Below are positions 12,980-27,084 of a DNA stretch of 64,000 nucleotides, piece by piece. A program made the translations under genes and the position numbers. This DNA is from Octopus vulgaris (lineage: Eukaryota), in assembly GCA_951406725.2 (NCBI GenBank), contig OX597829.1, positions 1,674,001 to 1,738,000 on the forward strand, read 5' to 3'. The notes beneath the pieces were generated by a model, which worked only from the letters and a program-made list of their open reading frames with translations, was not told the DNA's origin and searched no databases. Every line of letters begins with the position of its first letter. Within the stretch, counting starts at the first letter, position 1.

Positions 12980-13235
12980 TATTTTTTACACTGTGATGTA
13001 ACTCTTTGGAACAACAATTCCATGCGGCTGAAGAGAGCTTTAAACAATCTTTTATATCTATTATACACTGATGTAAGAACAGGTCGTTTATAAAGCTTGA
13101 AACACGTGTACCGCGACATCCTTTGTGTTCTGTTTTTGATTTTACTTGATATATATACTTTCTCCCCTCAGCCACTAGCTGGCGTATACAGGTGCTTACA
13201 CTTATCACATATTCACCCTAAATTTGCAGTATCTA
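12980..13235 (+). mobile_element. Penelope-like remnant with degenerate hammerhead (13068-13110)
   Basis: ctgatgtaag...cttGAAACACGTGTA with palindromic stem III acacgtgt. Confidence 0.45.
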
Positions 13236-13255
13236 CTATATATATATATATATAT

Positions 13256-13350
<95 letters not shown>

Positions 13351-13356
13351 TATACA

Positions 13357-13665
13357 TCACCGTGATCACCGTGACCGACCAGGCTATCAGATGTTGCTAC
13401 ACATCGCTGGTCACAATGCGCTTCGCATTGTTTTTTAGCCTTCAAATGATGCCACCCCGCTGGCTAAGCGAGCAGGTCAACAGAAGAAAGAGTGAGAGAA
13501 AGTTGCGGCGAAAGAGTACAGCAGGGATTGCCACACCCCCTGCCGGACCTTCGTGGAGCCTTAGGTGTTTTCGCTCAATAAACACTCACAATGCCTAGTC
13601 TAGGAATCGAAACCGTGATCCTATGACCGCGAGTCCGCTGCCCTAACCACTGGGCCATTGCGCCT

Positions 13666-13668
<3 letters not shown>
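13357..13668 (-). mobile_element. tRNA(Arg-like)-derived SINE family C, tail type 1
   Basis: Minus-strand head ggaggcgcaatggcccagtggttagggcagcggactcgcgg...ggtttcgattcc. Same head as 43381-43749. Confidence 0.88.
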
Positions 13669-13719
<51 letters not shown>

Positions 13720-13939
13720 GATATTTACCATGTGAACTACAATGGAAAAAATATGAGAAAGATACGGCATATAATTTTTTTTTTGCTGCAGGGATTCCTT
13801 GGGATGCGCAAGGGTAAAAAGGTTGAGAAACACTGGGTATTGTGTTATTTTATTGAGGGACGATTGTTTAGACTATGTTATGCGTTTTGTGCTCATTAGT
13901 AGACCGTGATTGTGTAAATAGATATACAGATATTTTCAA

Positions 13940-14312
13940 AGTACCCTGCATAGTTACAAAGATGTCCTTCGGCAAGGCATAGCACTCGCTCGGCTACCTC
14001 GCCAGGGATATGCCAAAGTCTTGGAACTATTGAGTGGCTGATCGTGAGGCGGCGGTGGAATAGCTCAAATGAACCAACAGTGCCGAGCACAGAAATCCTA
14101 GAAGGCAAACGGTCAGGATCACCAAACTCCATCAAAAGAGTAACTGCAAATCATCCATAGGGGTAGCGTCCATGGTTGTATTATCGGCTAATGAAAGATT
14201 CATTGAAAATTAAGCTCCTAATACAAATTCATAATAGAATTATTGGGACAGAGATCACGGGAATCTGTGCAAGCAACGCTACCAGATGATGGATGATGAT
14301 GATGATGATGAT
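13940..14312 (+). mobile_element. non-coding retroposon with (GAT)n tail, possibly RTE-derived
   Basis: GC-richer island ending accagatgatggatgatgatgat, the same tail type as the RTE fragment at 22290. Confidence 0.4.
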
Positions 14313-14498
14313 TGTGTTAAGTATGTGTTATGTTGACTATGTTATTGAGCAGGCAGTGTACTGTATGAGTTGTGCAACTGAAGTGAATGTCACGTGTTAA
14401 ATGTTTTTACAACTCCGTGTGCTGTTACAGACTGTGATAAGTTTTCTTTAAATTTTGTTCACCTTATTCCTTATATATATGGAATTATATATATATGG

Positions 14499-14545
<47 letters not shown>

Positions 14546-16359
14546 CACGCAGGAAGTAAATAGACACCTTTAATTTTCAAAATTCTGTTCTAATATACTT
14601 TCTACTTTCATGGTACTCCTTATATATATTTTTCATTTTTATGTTTATAGTCATATTTGTATATTTCTATATTCTTAGTATGTAACTCTTAACATAAATA
14701 TGTGGATTTTTGCAGTGTCTTAAGTATTTAGGTACTTCTCTTAACACACATACCAAAGTTTTGCTTATTTTAATTCAGGTTCCATGTCCTTTAAGAGTTT
14801 CTCGAATTCCTTGCGTACGGCATTTTTAATTAAAAGTTATCTTTTACCCGAGAAATAATTTCGCGTTATTTTTTTATGATTATATCTCGACTTTTCGCCT
14901 TGATCTCCTTGTCGAATTGGCGCTTGTGCCCTTGATGGCTGAAGTCGTTATTTTGCACAATGTTTGTAAGATGTTTTTACTACTTACCAATTTTCACGTC
15001 AAAGAGTCAACATATTGCAGAGTGATGCAGACTCAATCATCCAGTCATCATTGTAGATATCCTTTGATAATTCCACGAATAGGCAGCCAGACATCATGTG
15101 TTCGATTTTTTTCTGTAATTATTACAAAAATTAGCTACATCTTAATATATGCCGAAATTTACAAAGCGTGTATATGGTCTTCTTAAACTGGATATTATTT
15201 CCCGCCACAAATTTAATACCATTGTGATCATCACACGAACGCCGCACTATATTGATTCCGTAAACTGTCGTAGTATCGTGCTCTTTTTTTAAAAAAATAA
15301 GTATTCATTATCTATTTTTTCTTGGTTGCATTTAACTATTCTCAAAGTATTTATTAAATGGATTTTTTTCCAATCCTTCATGCTCTGGTTATCTCTGTTT
15401 TCAGATACTTATATATGGATATTTCCACTTCGTTTATGATATATATTGTCGTTTGTTGGAAGTAAATCATTGGATAACAATAATCTATTTTGATAATATT
15501 ATCAGGTTGATTTAGCTGCCTCTATGAACTTTTATATCATAGATAACGTTTCACTTCCTAATTCTTAGAGATCATTTTCTGGTTGGTGTACAATTAAGCC
15601 ACCTTTTTCAGCTGATGTCGGAGAGGGGTTAAGTCGATTACATCGACCCCAATGCTCCACTGGATAAAATATGTACCTCATGAGCAAAGGGGGTGGGGCT
15701 GCTGATGTAATCGACTTACACCTGTCCGAAAAAATGCTGGCCTTGTGCCCTAATTTGAAACCGAATATTTCAAATAGCTGGCTCCAACTTTCTGTAAATG
15801 TATTCTCACTTGTCTAGGAAGAGCCAAAAAAAGACATATGGGTTATTTATATTTTCACAGCCACACATTTAGCGTTTGATATATTTTGCCTCCTTACATA
15901 CTTTTGCGAGTTTTTCTGCATTCAGAATTTCTCCTGTATCAGTACTGAGCCCTAGTATCTACACAGTACTGAGACTTCTGCTCATCTATTTTTTTATTCT
16001 GTTTTCTATTACATTTTCCCTTTTTTTTTAAATATAGTACAGTACAAAATACCTCTACCTCATTGTAGTCGTGGTAAATATAATAAAATTGCATTGTTAA
16101 ATATTGGTAAGGTGTAAACCAAATGCAGTCGTAAATTTTTCTTGTGTCCAGTCTTACCAATTCAAGTAACTACCAGATGACAAATTTATAAACATAACTT
16201 ATTAAGTTGACAGCTACAGAATTGATGTCTAGTACCTCATTTCGCTATTTTAAATATTAATATGATGCGTCTATATTTCTTCTTAGACTGTAATCTGATT
16301 TTTCTTTGTGTTGCAGCTGCTCTTCCTTTCACTATTGTTCCTTTATTATTATTATTTGA

Positions 16360-16560
16360 TCTGACAGAATCGTTAGCACCGGATAAAATTCTGAGCAGCA
16401 TCTCACCCGTCGTTACGTTCTTAGTTCAAATACTACCGTGGTCGACTTTGCCTTTCATCCTTTCGGGATCGCTAGATTAAATACCAGTGAAACACTGGGG
16501 TCGATGTAATTGAATAGTCCAGTCCCCCAAAATTTCAAGCATTGTGCCTCAATAGAAAGG
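16360..16560 (+). mobile_element. older SINE A subfamily
   Basis: gtcgactttgcctttcatcctttcggg core, diverged head and a different tail. Confidence 0.75.
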
Positions 16561-16584
16561 ATCATCATCATCACCATCATCATC

Positions 16585-16850
16585 TGTTTTGAAGTTCTGC
16601 GTTATCGTGGTTCCTTCCTGCAGCAGAGAGACGCTGCCCGTCCCTCAACACATGCGCTGTTACGAATATAGCCACTGTGTGCTTCCAATGATGTCTACTG
16701 GTTCCAACCTCTCTTCCCAGATTTTTTTTTCAATATTATTATTCTTTAAGATTAGTCCGATTGCACCAGTCTCCATAGGAATCATTCTCAGTCTTGTGAC
16801 TCAACTTCAAATACCAAATCTTGATATCTTTCGACTTTCTCATTATTTTT
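16585..16850 (-). mobile_element. degenerate R4/Dong-like endonuclease C-terminal remnant
   Basis: Minus strand reads EKVERYQDL...IPMETGAIG across a frameshift. Confidence 0.45.
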
Positions 16851-16977
16851 CTTCACAATGTTCTCATTTGCTGCTGCTACTACGCAAATTAAGATGCTTT
16901 TTTTTCTTTCCTTTTTTTTTTTTTTGGTCTCTTTCTTTAGACGAATTATATCTGGTTGATTATGTTACAGATTCTTA

Positions 16978-17208
16978 GGCGGCGAGCTGGCAGAAACGTT
17001 AGCACGCCGGGCGAAATGCGTCGCCGTATTTCGTCTGCCGTTACGTTCCGAGTTCAAATTCTGCCGAGGTCCACTTTGCCTTTCATCCTTTCGGGGTCGA
17101 TGAATTAAGTACCAGTTACGCACTGGGGTCGATGTAATCGACTTAATACCTTTGTCTGTCCTTGTTTGTCCCCTCTGTGTTTAGGCCCTTGTGGGTAGTA
17201 AAGAAATA
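16978..17208 (+). mobile_element. SINE family A with TSD
   Basis: Flanking repeat tatgttacagatt at 16961-16973 and 17209-17221. Confidence 0.92.
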
Positions 17209-17309
17209 TATGTTACAGATTATTATATGCGTATCTCACGTGAGTTTCACTTGATCATCTTCTGCCAGTGGCAAGGATTAGTGTTCATACATGTTGCTAA
17301 ATTCTAGAT

Positions 17310-17647
17310 CAGCGGTTCTCAACCGGGTTCCATATGAGGGTTCATATAAGCTTTGGGGTGGAGTCCACGCAACAAAATAGTAAAATAGGCATCCGCGATA
17401 GCATTCTAAGGGACCCTGAAAATATTTTGCTTTAGATGTATGTATTTATTACAAGAAATAGTTAGGTTTCTTTCTCTAATATTTTATATAGTTCAACTTA
17501 CACAAGTTAATGTGGAAAAAACAAAATAGGAAATTTGAAATAAGTGTCTACAAAACTTGTCTTTAAACATTGAGTGGCTATGGGAGCCATCAGAATAAAA
17601 TAGTAATCAAAGGGATCCATATATTAAAAAATGGTTGAGAACCCCTG
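17310..17647. mobile_element. hAT-type MITE
   Basis: TIRs cagcggttctcaacc / ggttgagaacccctg. No ORF. 8-bp TSD not evident. Confidence 0.75.
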
Positions 17648-18210
17648 CCGTGACCGTACCATCTCCACTTCCTCCAGTGTGTCTGTTGTACAACTTTGTC
17701 ATGGATTCTGTACTCCTTCTGTTTCAGTTTTGAACATCCACTAACTTCGTGTTTGACTCTTACAGATGAGTTTCCATTGGACTAAATGCCATTCTGTTGT
17801 GTCTGAAAGCAACCATTGAAAAGGTTGCAAGACGCAACGAAAATCATAGGAAAATACAAAAATGAAGAATAAGTGGGAATTTTACCGGTGAGTGTGTTAC
17901 ATTAGAAGGCTCAAAAAGAAAATGACTCTCCCTAGACACAACAGAATATTCTTCAATACACGAACTCATATAAAGAATCTTGCAAACCAAATCCAAAAAC
18001 GAAATAAACGCCATTCGGTATTTGTTTCGGTTCATTACAATCTAAGTACAAATCCTGACACGGTTAACTTTTACCTTTTTTTTCTCTGGAGTTAATAAAA
18101 ACGAACAGTCAGACCAGTTCTGGGATTGGTTTCATTGATTGCATCTCTTCCCACCATATTTATGACTATGTGGCCCTTTTTTTCTCTATTATTAGTGTAA
18201 TTGTTGTTAA

Positions 18211-18425
18211 GGCGGCGAGTTGGCAGAATCATTACCGCGCCTGGGAAAACGCCTAGCGACATATCGTCCGTCTTTACGTTCTGAGTTCAAATTACGCCAA
18301 GGTCAAATTTACCTTTCATCCTTCTGGAGGTCAATAAAATAAGTACCAGTAGTTCACTGCGGTCGGTGTAATTGAATTACTCCCGACCCTGAAATTGCTG
18401 GCTTTGTACCAAAATTTGAAATTCC
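18211..18425 (+). mobile_element. older SINE A subfamily
   Basis: ggcggcgagttggcagaatc...gagttcaaat...cctttcatcc. Confidence 0.75.
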
Positions 18426-19000
18426 TATAAAATTAATTATTGTTGTTAAGACGATGAGGAAATTTACCTTTCGGGGTCAAAAACTTAGGTTACCAATTGA
18501 GCACTGGAGTCGATGTAATCGACTTTTTCCTTCCCTCGAAATTACTGACTTTGAAACCAATATAATTGTTGTTGTTTTCTCGTTGTTAATTAAAATAGCA
18601 TTTCTTTTCATAAAGAGTGATTTTAAACAAATAAATAAATAGAAAAATTCAAGCGACTCTCAGAGTTAACCAACAGCAAATCCCAGCATCAAAATATTAA
18701 TGAATATTATTTACGCCGTAAGAATTTAGAAACTTCGAGAGATTTGAAATTGGTTCATTTAAGAATGAGGAATTCGAAGTAAATACAGCTATAAATAATA
18801 TCATGTAAATATTTGGCTAAGAACACTTTTATATAGAAAAAAAGTTCTACCATCAGCCTTCGACGTTTATGTCCAAAAGGGTTTTGTAATCCAATATACG
18901 TAGGCTTTTCTTTACAGCTGTATCTACTTCGAGTTGCACATTTAAAAACGAATAATTAATTATTTCGTTTACCCTCCTCCTCCTTTTACACCACCTCCGA

Positions 19001-19030
19001 CTACTACTACTGTAGCTACTGCTATTGCTG

Positions 19031-19095
<65 letters not shown>

Positions 19096-19126
19096 GTTGC
19101 TGCTGCTACTACTACTACTACTGCTG

Positions 19127-19159
<33 letters not shown>

Positions 19160-19160
19160 G
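19001..19160. repeat. (CTA)n microsatellite
   Basis: Directly visible. Source of the poly-Ser pseudo-ORF. Confidence 0.95.
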
Positions 19161-20338
19161 TTCGTTGAGAAGACAAAGTAAGTTTTGAAACTACCTGATT
19201 CTTTCTTTGTTATAGAGTTGACAAGTTTTAAGAAATTTTAAACCAGTTTAATCATTCATGCTCCCTCCTTTGTTTTGTTTTGTTTTGTTTTTTTTATCTT
19301 TACAGCCTCATCTCTGTTTAGAAGCCATACATGTACGTGACCTTTTTCAAATGTTTGAAAAGAGTGAACCCCACAATACAAAAAATTCACTCAATACAGT
19401 GTTAACCCGAACGACAAATGAAAATCAACTGCCTGCAAAAACAAATACTAAACCATCCGATATGCTTCCGCGCAGTTTACCGCACAAACTTCACTCACAA
19501 CGTTTCGGTAAATTCGATGCTTATTTTACAAAAAAAAAAAAAAAGAAAAAAAAGAGGAATATTTAATTGCACTAGGTAGAGCGCAGCGAAATCGAACCTA
19601 AACTGCTTGCACGTTACACACAACCGCTCGGCCAACGCTGCTTTAAAATGTGGCTCGTGATGCGAGTAATCTTATATGAAGAGACGTTTAGACGTTAATA
19701 TGGTGTTTGAGGTTTATTGAGACGGAGTGTTCACTAATTAGTAATCGTGTACGTGGTTCCAAGTAATGTTTCAAAGATTACTTCCTTTCAAAATCCTTAA
19801 TTAGAATTCGTTTCCATTTTCTTTGCTTCTTTTGTGATTGAAGGATTTGATGGAAAGATGAATTTTTCTAATTAAGATTTAGAATTAGCGTTAATTTTTC
19901 TGGCTTCTCTGGGTTTTTTCTGTTTTTTTTTTTTTTTTTTAGATATTTATTTGTATTAATGTTTAATCCTGACACAGCAAACATTATCCAAGGCGTTGTT
20001 CCCATGACCATCTCGTTTATTTAAACATGTTTCCATAGCTACATTGTCTCGTGTATAGTTTATTGTTGTTGTTGTTGTTGTTGTTGTTACTGTTGCTGTT
20101 GTTGTTTAACCACATGATAGTCCTGGTCCAATTGGCTTATAATCAAAGGTGTTCTAGACGCGACCATGCCTTCTAGCACTATGGTTCAAGGTGGTTAGAA
20201 AAACCTTAGCTACTATTTCTAGCATGTGAAATGACCGCATACAGTTTCTGTCATTCGTTTCCTTTTTTATTCAATAGTAGTTTTTATTCAATCCGTGTCC
20301 CTTCTACTAATATTGTTGACGTCTTGCAAAAACCTGAA

Positions 20339-20392
<54 letters not shown>

Positions 20393-20937
20393 GAGTGAGA
20401 GAGCAGTGCATGCCATCACAGTGACACTGGGGTAAAATATACGAAGCCCAGTATACCCATCATGACTACCCGTCTGATAAGGGTACACCAGGCACATGCA
20501 TCACAACCATATGTGCGCGACATGGTGATCTCATATCAAGATAGACAGCACGTGACCTTGCAGGTGGGGCCCAGTTACAATTTTCTTCTGGTCGAGTAAC
20601 CCATCCTGCTCAAAAGGGTTGTTTAAAGATGTTGAACGAACCACCCATGTTTCCAAAGGTGAATTATTCAAACCCCAAAGAATTCCTCTCAACACATAGC
20701 TATGATGCTCCCCCACTGCTTCTGCTCGTGATCAGAGATGCACATATCGTCAGCCACTAAGAGACATGCTCAACTGGTTAAGGTCAAACAACTGACAAGC
20801 AAATCTGTGGTATTGAGCAGAATATTTGATGTTAGTCCATCTTTTATACCAAGACAAAACAACGTATAATTTAACACTTCCAATCAGTTAAGATCAGAAG
20901 CCATGATAGCCACTGCTTGGTACTGCATCAGAACATT
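20339..20937 (-). mobile_element. non-coding retroposon ending in (AAT)n, probable R4/Dong-type 3' region or derivative
   Basis: About 545-bp GC-richer block abutting (TTA)n. Dong elements are known to target TAA repeats. Family assignment is inference. Confidence 0.45.
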
Positions 20938-20993
20938 AGGAGATTTCACCGAGACTCGAACTCGGATCGCTGGATTCAAAGTCCAGAGTGCTA

Positions 20994-21054
<61 letters not shown>

Positions 21055-21594
21055 GTTATTGTTGTTGTTATTTTAAAAGGATTGACGTAATTCTTCGCAA
21101 AGGTAAGAAAACTCGCAGCTTATTTTGCTGGGCATGATGGAAAATGTCTGCCATCCACAACCAGCACCTGTTTACTGGTTTACCTGCGGAGAATTCTTGT
21201 AGTTCCAACCCGTGATGATTTGTTTTGTGTGTGTGAGTGTGTAGGTGTTCTATGTAGCTGAGTCCTTCCAAGAGCACCAATTGCTATCGGTATCACGTCC
21301 ACTCACTTCTTTGCCCACAACCTGCGTAATTCCCACCTCAATTCATGACAGTTGTTCAATTTTTCTCCATCTTTCTCTTTGATCCTGTTGTCACTGAGAC
21401 ATGCTATGTCGATTATCATGCATGTTCTTTTTTTATTCATCCCACAACGTCAGGTTTACGATATTTGTTCTCATGGTCACAATTGGATCATTGCATCCTA
21501 CGGGATTTTGCAATCTTCCTTCTCAATAACTCCCTCTTGGATTTGGTCATACTACGCCTTCGATGTTTTCTAGGTCATAAATTCCACAGAGATT

Positions 21595-21800
21595 TCGACG
21601 ATGAGCTGGCACAACTGTTAGCATATCGAATAATATAGCTAGCAGTACTTCTTCTGACTCATTGCATTCAGAGTTCAAACCGGCCAAAGTCAACACAGAC
21701 TTTCGTCCGTTCGGGAGTCGATAAAATAAGATGAAATACTGAAGGTGTGGTAATAAATTAATCCCCCTCTCTTCAAAAGTACTGGCCACGTACTATAGTT
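21595..21800 (+). mobile_element. old SINE A copy
   Basis: gagctggcacaactgttagca...gagttcaaac...gtcgataaaataag. Confidence 0.6.
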
Positions 21801-21856
21801 TTTAAAGAAATGTTATGACTTGCACAGAAAATAAAGAGAAGAGCCTATGATATTAT

Positions 21857-22305
21857 TCAAACTTGAAATCTTCAAAGCCACAGTTGAACCAATTCTACTA
21901 TATGGCTCAGCAACCTGGACGTTATCAAAGAAGCTTGAGAGGCGGTTGGATGGAACCTACACTCGCCTCCTTATGAGAGCTCAAAATCTCTCGTGGAAAC
22001 GTCATCCAACCAAAATGCAAATATATGGGAAGCTACCACCTGTGTCATCTCTTGTGAAAGGTAGGAGAGTCCAGTTTGCTGGACATTGTTGTAGAGCTGA
22101 AAAAGAGGTAATTTCTACTCTTCTCCTCTGGAAGCCATCTCCTCGCGATACCAGAGGGCGCACACTCTCCTACCCTGATGTAATCTCCAGGGATACAGGC
22201 TCCAGCAACAGGTCCTCCGTAATGCTATGAAGGACCGTGAAGTCTGGCGTAACATAGTAAATTCCATTGTCTCGACCACGGTCGAACAATGATGATGATG
22301 ATGAT
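21857..22305 (+). mobile_element. RTE-clade LINE 3' fragment with (TGA)n tail
   Basis: LLYGSATWTL...FAGH motifs. Ends gtcgaacaatgatgatgatgat. Confidence 0.85.
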
Positions 22306-24024
22306 ATCATGGTGGTTGGAGAAGGTAGAGTTGAGTCCCACATGGCTGTACCTGGTGGTGGTGAGATGTGAGAACGAAAGCACAACGGACGTATTGCTGT
22401 AGTACACTAAGACAAGTAATTAGTACTTACTAACTTAATGTACTGGCCCGGATATTTACAAGTCGGAAAATTATGTTAAATGCCGCTGAGGCACATCTGG
22501 TGCAGTTAAACCATGTTACGAAGTAAATTTATAAACCAAAAAAATGTACAGTTCTATAACTTGTTTCTTCAAAGTTTCTAGATTTCCGTTCCACTTACAA
22601 GGCTTAGGGATTACCTTGATGCTATCGTTAGACTCTTCTATGGTGATTCTCTGCTGTAAACCTTCTCATTCCTAATATAGCAAAACCCGTTTCATCAAAC
22701 ATGGTTTTGCTCTTTGGAGACGGAAAATATTTCACTCCTGAATACCTACTGATTAAACAAATCTGAAATAGGACTCACAATATAATACTGGCCTTAGATC
22801 TAGGATGGTTTTGCTATTCACACGCGCAACGCACACCTATGTATAAGAATAGGGCTAGTTCAGCTGTTTCTCCGTAAACTGAAAAAAAAAAAAGAAAACG
22901 ATAATGTACAACCTTAATCGATTTTCAAATCTTATTGAATTCTCATCAGAGGTGTCTACATCTATTTGACTAATCCAAGAGAAACAAGCATCCAACCTAG
23001 ATACTCAACTATCACAGTAGCTACAGAAAACTGGAGCTACTAATTTGCATAGCATATGTATCAATACTTTACTGAATATATTGGCCCTGTCAACAGGGAT
23101 CTTAAGCCACACAGTTTCAAGCTATGGTACGATATACGTAACTTATATAGCAGATATATTAACAGGGTAATTTAGCTGTATCTCAGTAGAGTGAGAACTT
23201 GAGGAAGAACCTTTTGAATTCGAATTTTATTGAACTCTCATCAGAGATGTGTATACTAGACGGCATGCAAAGAAAAACTGTCCGGTTCATTGGCATGAAT
23301 TCACTCACAAACATACTCCAGTCTCTCACTCGAAGACACACTCTCTATTCTTCAATCAGCCGATTCTACAATTAATTTAACAACTTTGCTCCATGGACGA
23401 AACTAGCTGCCTTCTCCCTATCTACCCTGTCGCATCCAACACACCTACCTCTTGCTTTGTCTCGTCACCCATTCAGCGATCCCTACCTTTAAACCCCACA
23501 ATAGCCTCTACAATCAACCTCTTCTGTGCCACCTTACCCCACATATATAATAAAAGAAAGTTGTTGCCCAAATAGGAGCCTAAGGAGATCGAACCTGAAA
23601 TCACGAAACTACAAAGCGAATTGCGTACCCAGAGAGCCTTCACGGCGTCCAAATGTGCATCAGTGATACAAACAATTTACCGAGAAACGACATTTAGACA
23701 TTAATCGCAGCTTTGAGATTTATTAAGGCTGAGTCTTCTCTAATTAGTAACAGCGAATGTGATGCGTAGGAGGAACGATTATTGGAAGACTAAATTCTTT
23801 CGAAATCGTTATTTGCCTTTCTTTCCTCTTTATTCCATTTTGTGATAGAGATTCTCATTAATGGTTGCGATGGCAGTGTTGGTGGCATTGGTGTTGGGTG
23901 TTGTTGTTGTTGTTATGGTTATTGGTACGTGACCACACCTCACTCCAGCTCATGCATAGCCTAACAGAATATGATGAAAGGTGTTCTCGCTGTGCCTGCA
24001 TAAACGCGCATGCGCGCGCACATG

Positions 24025-24405
24025 CCTTTTACTTTTACTAGTTTCAGTCATTAGACTGCGGCCATTCTCGGCCACCGCCTTGAACGGATTTAGACGAACA
24101 CATCGACCCTAGTACTTATTCTATCGGTCTCTCAAGCCGAACCACTAAGTTACGAGGACATAAACACACCACCACCGATTCTCAAGTGGTGGTGGTGGTG
24201 GGGCAAACACGGACACACACACACACACACACACATACGACGTAATTTTTTTCAGCTTCCGTCTACCAAATCCACATACAAGGCTTTAATCACCCAGAAG
24301 CTACAGTAGAAAACACTTTCCCGAGGTTCCACGCCGTGGGACTGAACCCTGAACGTGAACCATGTGGCTGAAGAGAAATCTTTTTTCCAAAGAGCCACGC
24401 CTGCG
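24025..24405 (-). mobile_element. SINE family B (internal microsatellite), diverged
   Basis: Colinear with the reverse complement of 50961-51360. Confidence 0.75.
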
Positions 24406-24508
24406 TCTATCTATCTATCTATCTATCTATATATATATATATATAAAATGTATCGTCACAATTAGTGACAATTAAATATATTAATGTGTCCAACTGATTA
24501 AAAATTTA

Positions 24509-24594
24509 TGCAGCTGAGGATAGCCCTGTACTTAAATTGCTTTAAAGATTGCATTGTTCAATGAAATGGAGCCGCTTGAAGCAGTCGTACTGCA
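24509..24594 (+). ncRNA. type I hammerhead ribozyme motif, degenerate
   Basis: Stem I tgcag/ctgca, CTGAGGA, stem II tagc...gctt, GAAG (for GAAA), GTA cleavage triplet. Confidence 0.5.
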
Positions 24595-24621
24595 CCACCC
24601 CTTGATATCCTATTGCTTATT

Positions 24622-24749
<128 letters not shown>

Positions 24750-24825
24750 CATATAAAACTAAGCACGTGTCTGTCTTGGCACGGAAGGCTGGGGTTAGTT
24801 TTTCAGTTTACATTTACAATGAACG

Positions 24826-24901
24826 AATGCACTGATGAAGCACGGACATTTGAATTATGTAAGTAATTCTTTTGTTAAAGGCCGAAACCCAGGTATGCAT
24901 T
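24826..24901 (+). ncRNA. type I hammerhead ribozyme motif
   Basis: Stem I aatgca/tgcatt, CTGATGA, long stem-loop II, GAAA, stem III acc-ca-ggt, GTA triplet. Confidence 0.72.
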
Positions 24902-25162
24902 TAATTCTGTTTTTTATATAAATTTTCATCTGTCCTGCCCGCCAAATTTGGTTCTGGTGTTCGCTGAATTTTTCCTCTAGAGAAGTCCTTTGTAGTTTGA
25001 TCGTTGATGATCTGTTTCTAGCATACGGCCGACTTCCTAGCAGTCAAGCCCTGCCAATATACACATATATTAGAATTTTCTCTGATTTCTCAGATTTTGT
25101 GTATGCTAGACTACTGGTTTTAAATTGATATTAAAGTTAATATTAATTTATCTCCCTCATTA

Positions 25163-25234
<72 letters not shown>

Positions 25235-25647
25235 ATATGTATATGTATGTATATATATATGTATATGTATGTATATGTATATATATATACGTGTATGTAT
25301 GTATATATATGTATATATATATATGTGTATGTATATATGTGTGCATGTATATATTATATATATGAATATATTTGTATGCATGTATATATATACATACTTT
25401 TTCAATTCTATATTTAGATGCTATCATAGTTTAGCATCTGCTTCGAGATCTACTATTCCCTCAAAAGATTTATTTCATGTTCTCTCAAAAGTTTATAAAT
25501 TCTTAAGACATTAATTGCATATATATATATATAACATATATATGTACGTGGGTATAAATGTGAGCATGTAGGTGCGTATGTATGCAAAATATATATGTAT
25601 TTATTTGTTTATCTACCACTCTATGTATCAATCTCTCTATCTGTCAA

Positions 25648-25702
<55 letters not shown>

Positions 25703-26594
25703 GCATGTGTGTGCTCATGTGTGTATGCGTTTGCGCACGCGCATTGCGAACCCTCTTGGAAACCGACATAAAAGTCTTTGACAAGTCACGATAGTACTTG
25801 TCCGTCTATTGGCATACTTATGTCCACGAACTTTTATAGTTCCGAGTCCGAGCTAACCGTTCGGTAAATTTAAAAGGGCTTCCTAGATTAGATTAGGGCC
25901 GAAGAAATTCTTTTCACTGTAATTTAATGCGGGGTATCTGTGTGGAAGCCCCTTGGACGGATTTCCCTAGGCTTGTGTTGTAGTCTTAATTCAAACTTCC
26001 GTTTAATATCGCCACCGGCTTCTTGCCAAAGTCCACTCCATAGAAAGTAATTATGATCTGGCCTCCAGTCTTAGATTAGATAACACAGTATTTTAATGCT
26101 CTGAGTTGTCGTTTCTTCACCTATTGCCCTTCACCAGTTTCGAAGATGCTTCAAAAAGTTTAACGATTCTGCCCTTCTTCTCAATAACCCAAACAAAAAT
26201 ATAATAAAACTAAGAATTGGGTGTCTTTATGAGAAACAAACTCAGGAGTTTATTCCTGTTTTATTGAGCATTTGTATATACTACTTTCAGCGAAAATCTG
26301 ACATCTTTACAGCATCGCAGTTCCACTGGAATGAGAATATAAAATTTGATATCTCAAGACCTCGCTGTTACAAACACAGCCTCGTCTGGGTTTTTTATGA
26401 TAAATTTATGTTGGCAAAATAGAGGCAAGTTACCTAACATGATAATTCAATACAGATATTTAAACACACACACATGCGTGTGTGTGTCTCTCTCTGTGTA
26501 TCTATGAGTCTGTATGTATACATACTTAGGTATGCAGAAAGATATATATATATATATATACACACACATACACACAAATATATATATATATATA

Positions 26595-26800
26595 TCGTTT
26601 ACTGTTTTAGTTGTTTCTGTCATTTGACTGTGGTCATGCTGGAGCACCGCCTTTAGTCGAGAAAATCTACCCCAGGACCTATTCTTTGTAAGCCTAGTAC
26701 TTATTCTATCTGGCTCTTTTTGCCGAACCGCTAAGTTACGGGGACGTAAACACACCAGCATCAGTTGTCAAGCGATGTTGGGGGGGCAAACACAAATACA

Positions 26801-26848
<48 letters not shown>

Positions 26849-27018
26849 CATATATACAACGGGCTTCTTACAGTTTCCGTCTACCAAATACACTCACAAG
26901 GCTTTGATAAGCCCGAAGCTATAGTAGAAGATACTTGCTTAAGGTGCCATGCAGTGGAACTGAACCAGGAACTATGTGGTTGGTAAGTAAGCTACTTACC
27001 ACACAGCCACTCCTACGA
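26595..27018 (-). mobile_element. SINE family B
   Basis: Full head-to-tail match to other family B copies, with internal (CA)/(TA) tract. Confidence 0.88.
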
Positions 27019-27084
27019 GTATAGATTTATATATACATACAAACATACATACATGCATATAAATATATATGCATATAAGTAGTA

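Larger units (their letters stand above)
12283..13835. mobile_element. hAT-type MITE split by nested insertions
   Basis: Left end ...aaccggagcttcccggaacccaagggttcc and right end agggtaaaaaggttgagaaacactg match, inverted, the ends of 39822-40588. Confidence 0.65.

Noticed and set aside
19570-19642. tRNA-like sequences here and near 11757, 20945, 23570, 37500 and 53590
   Set aside because: A/B boxes are present but no cloverleaf. Best read as decayed SINE heads, not tRNA genes.
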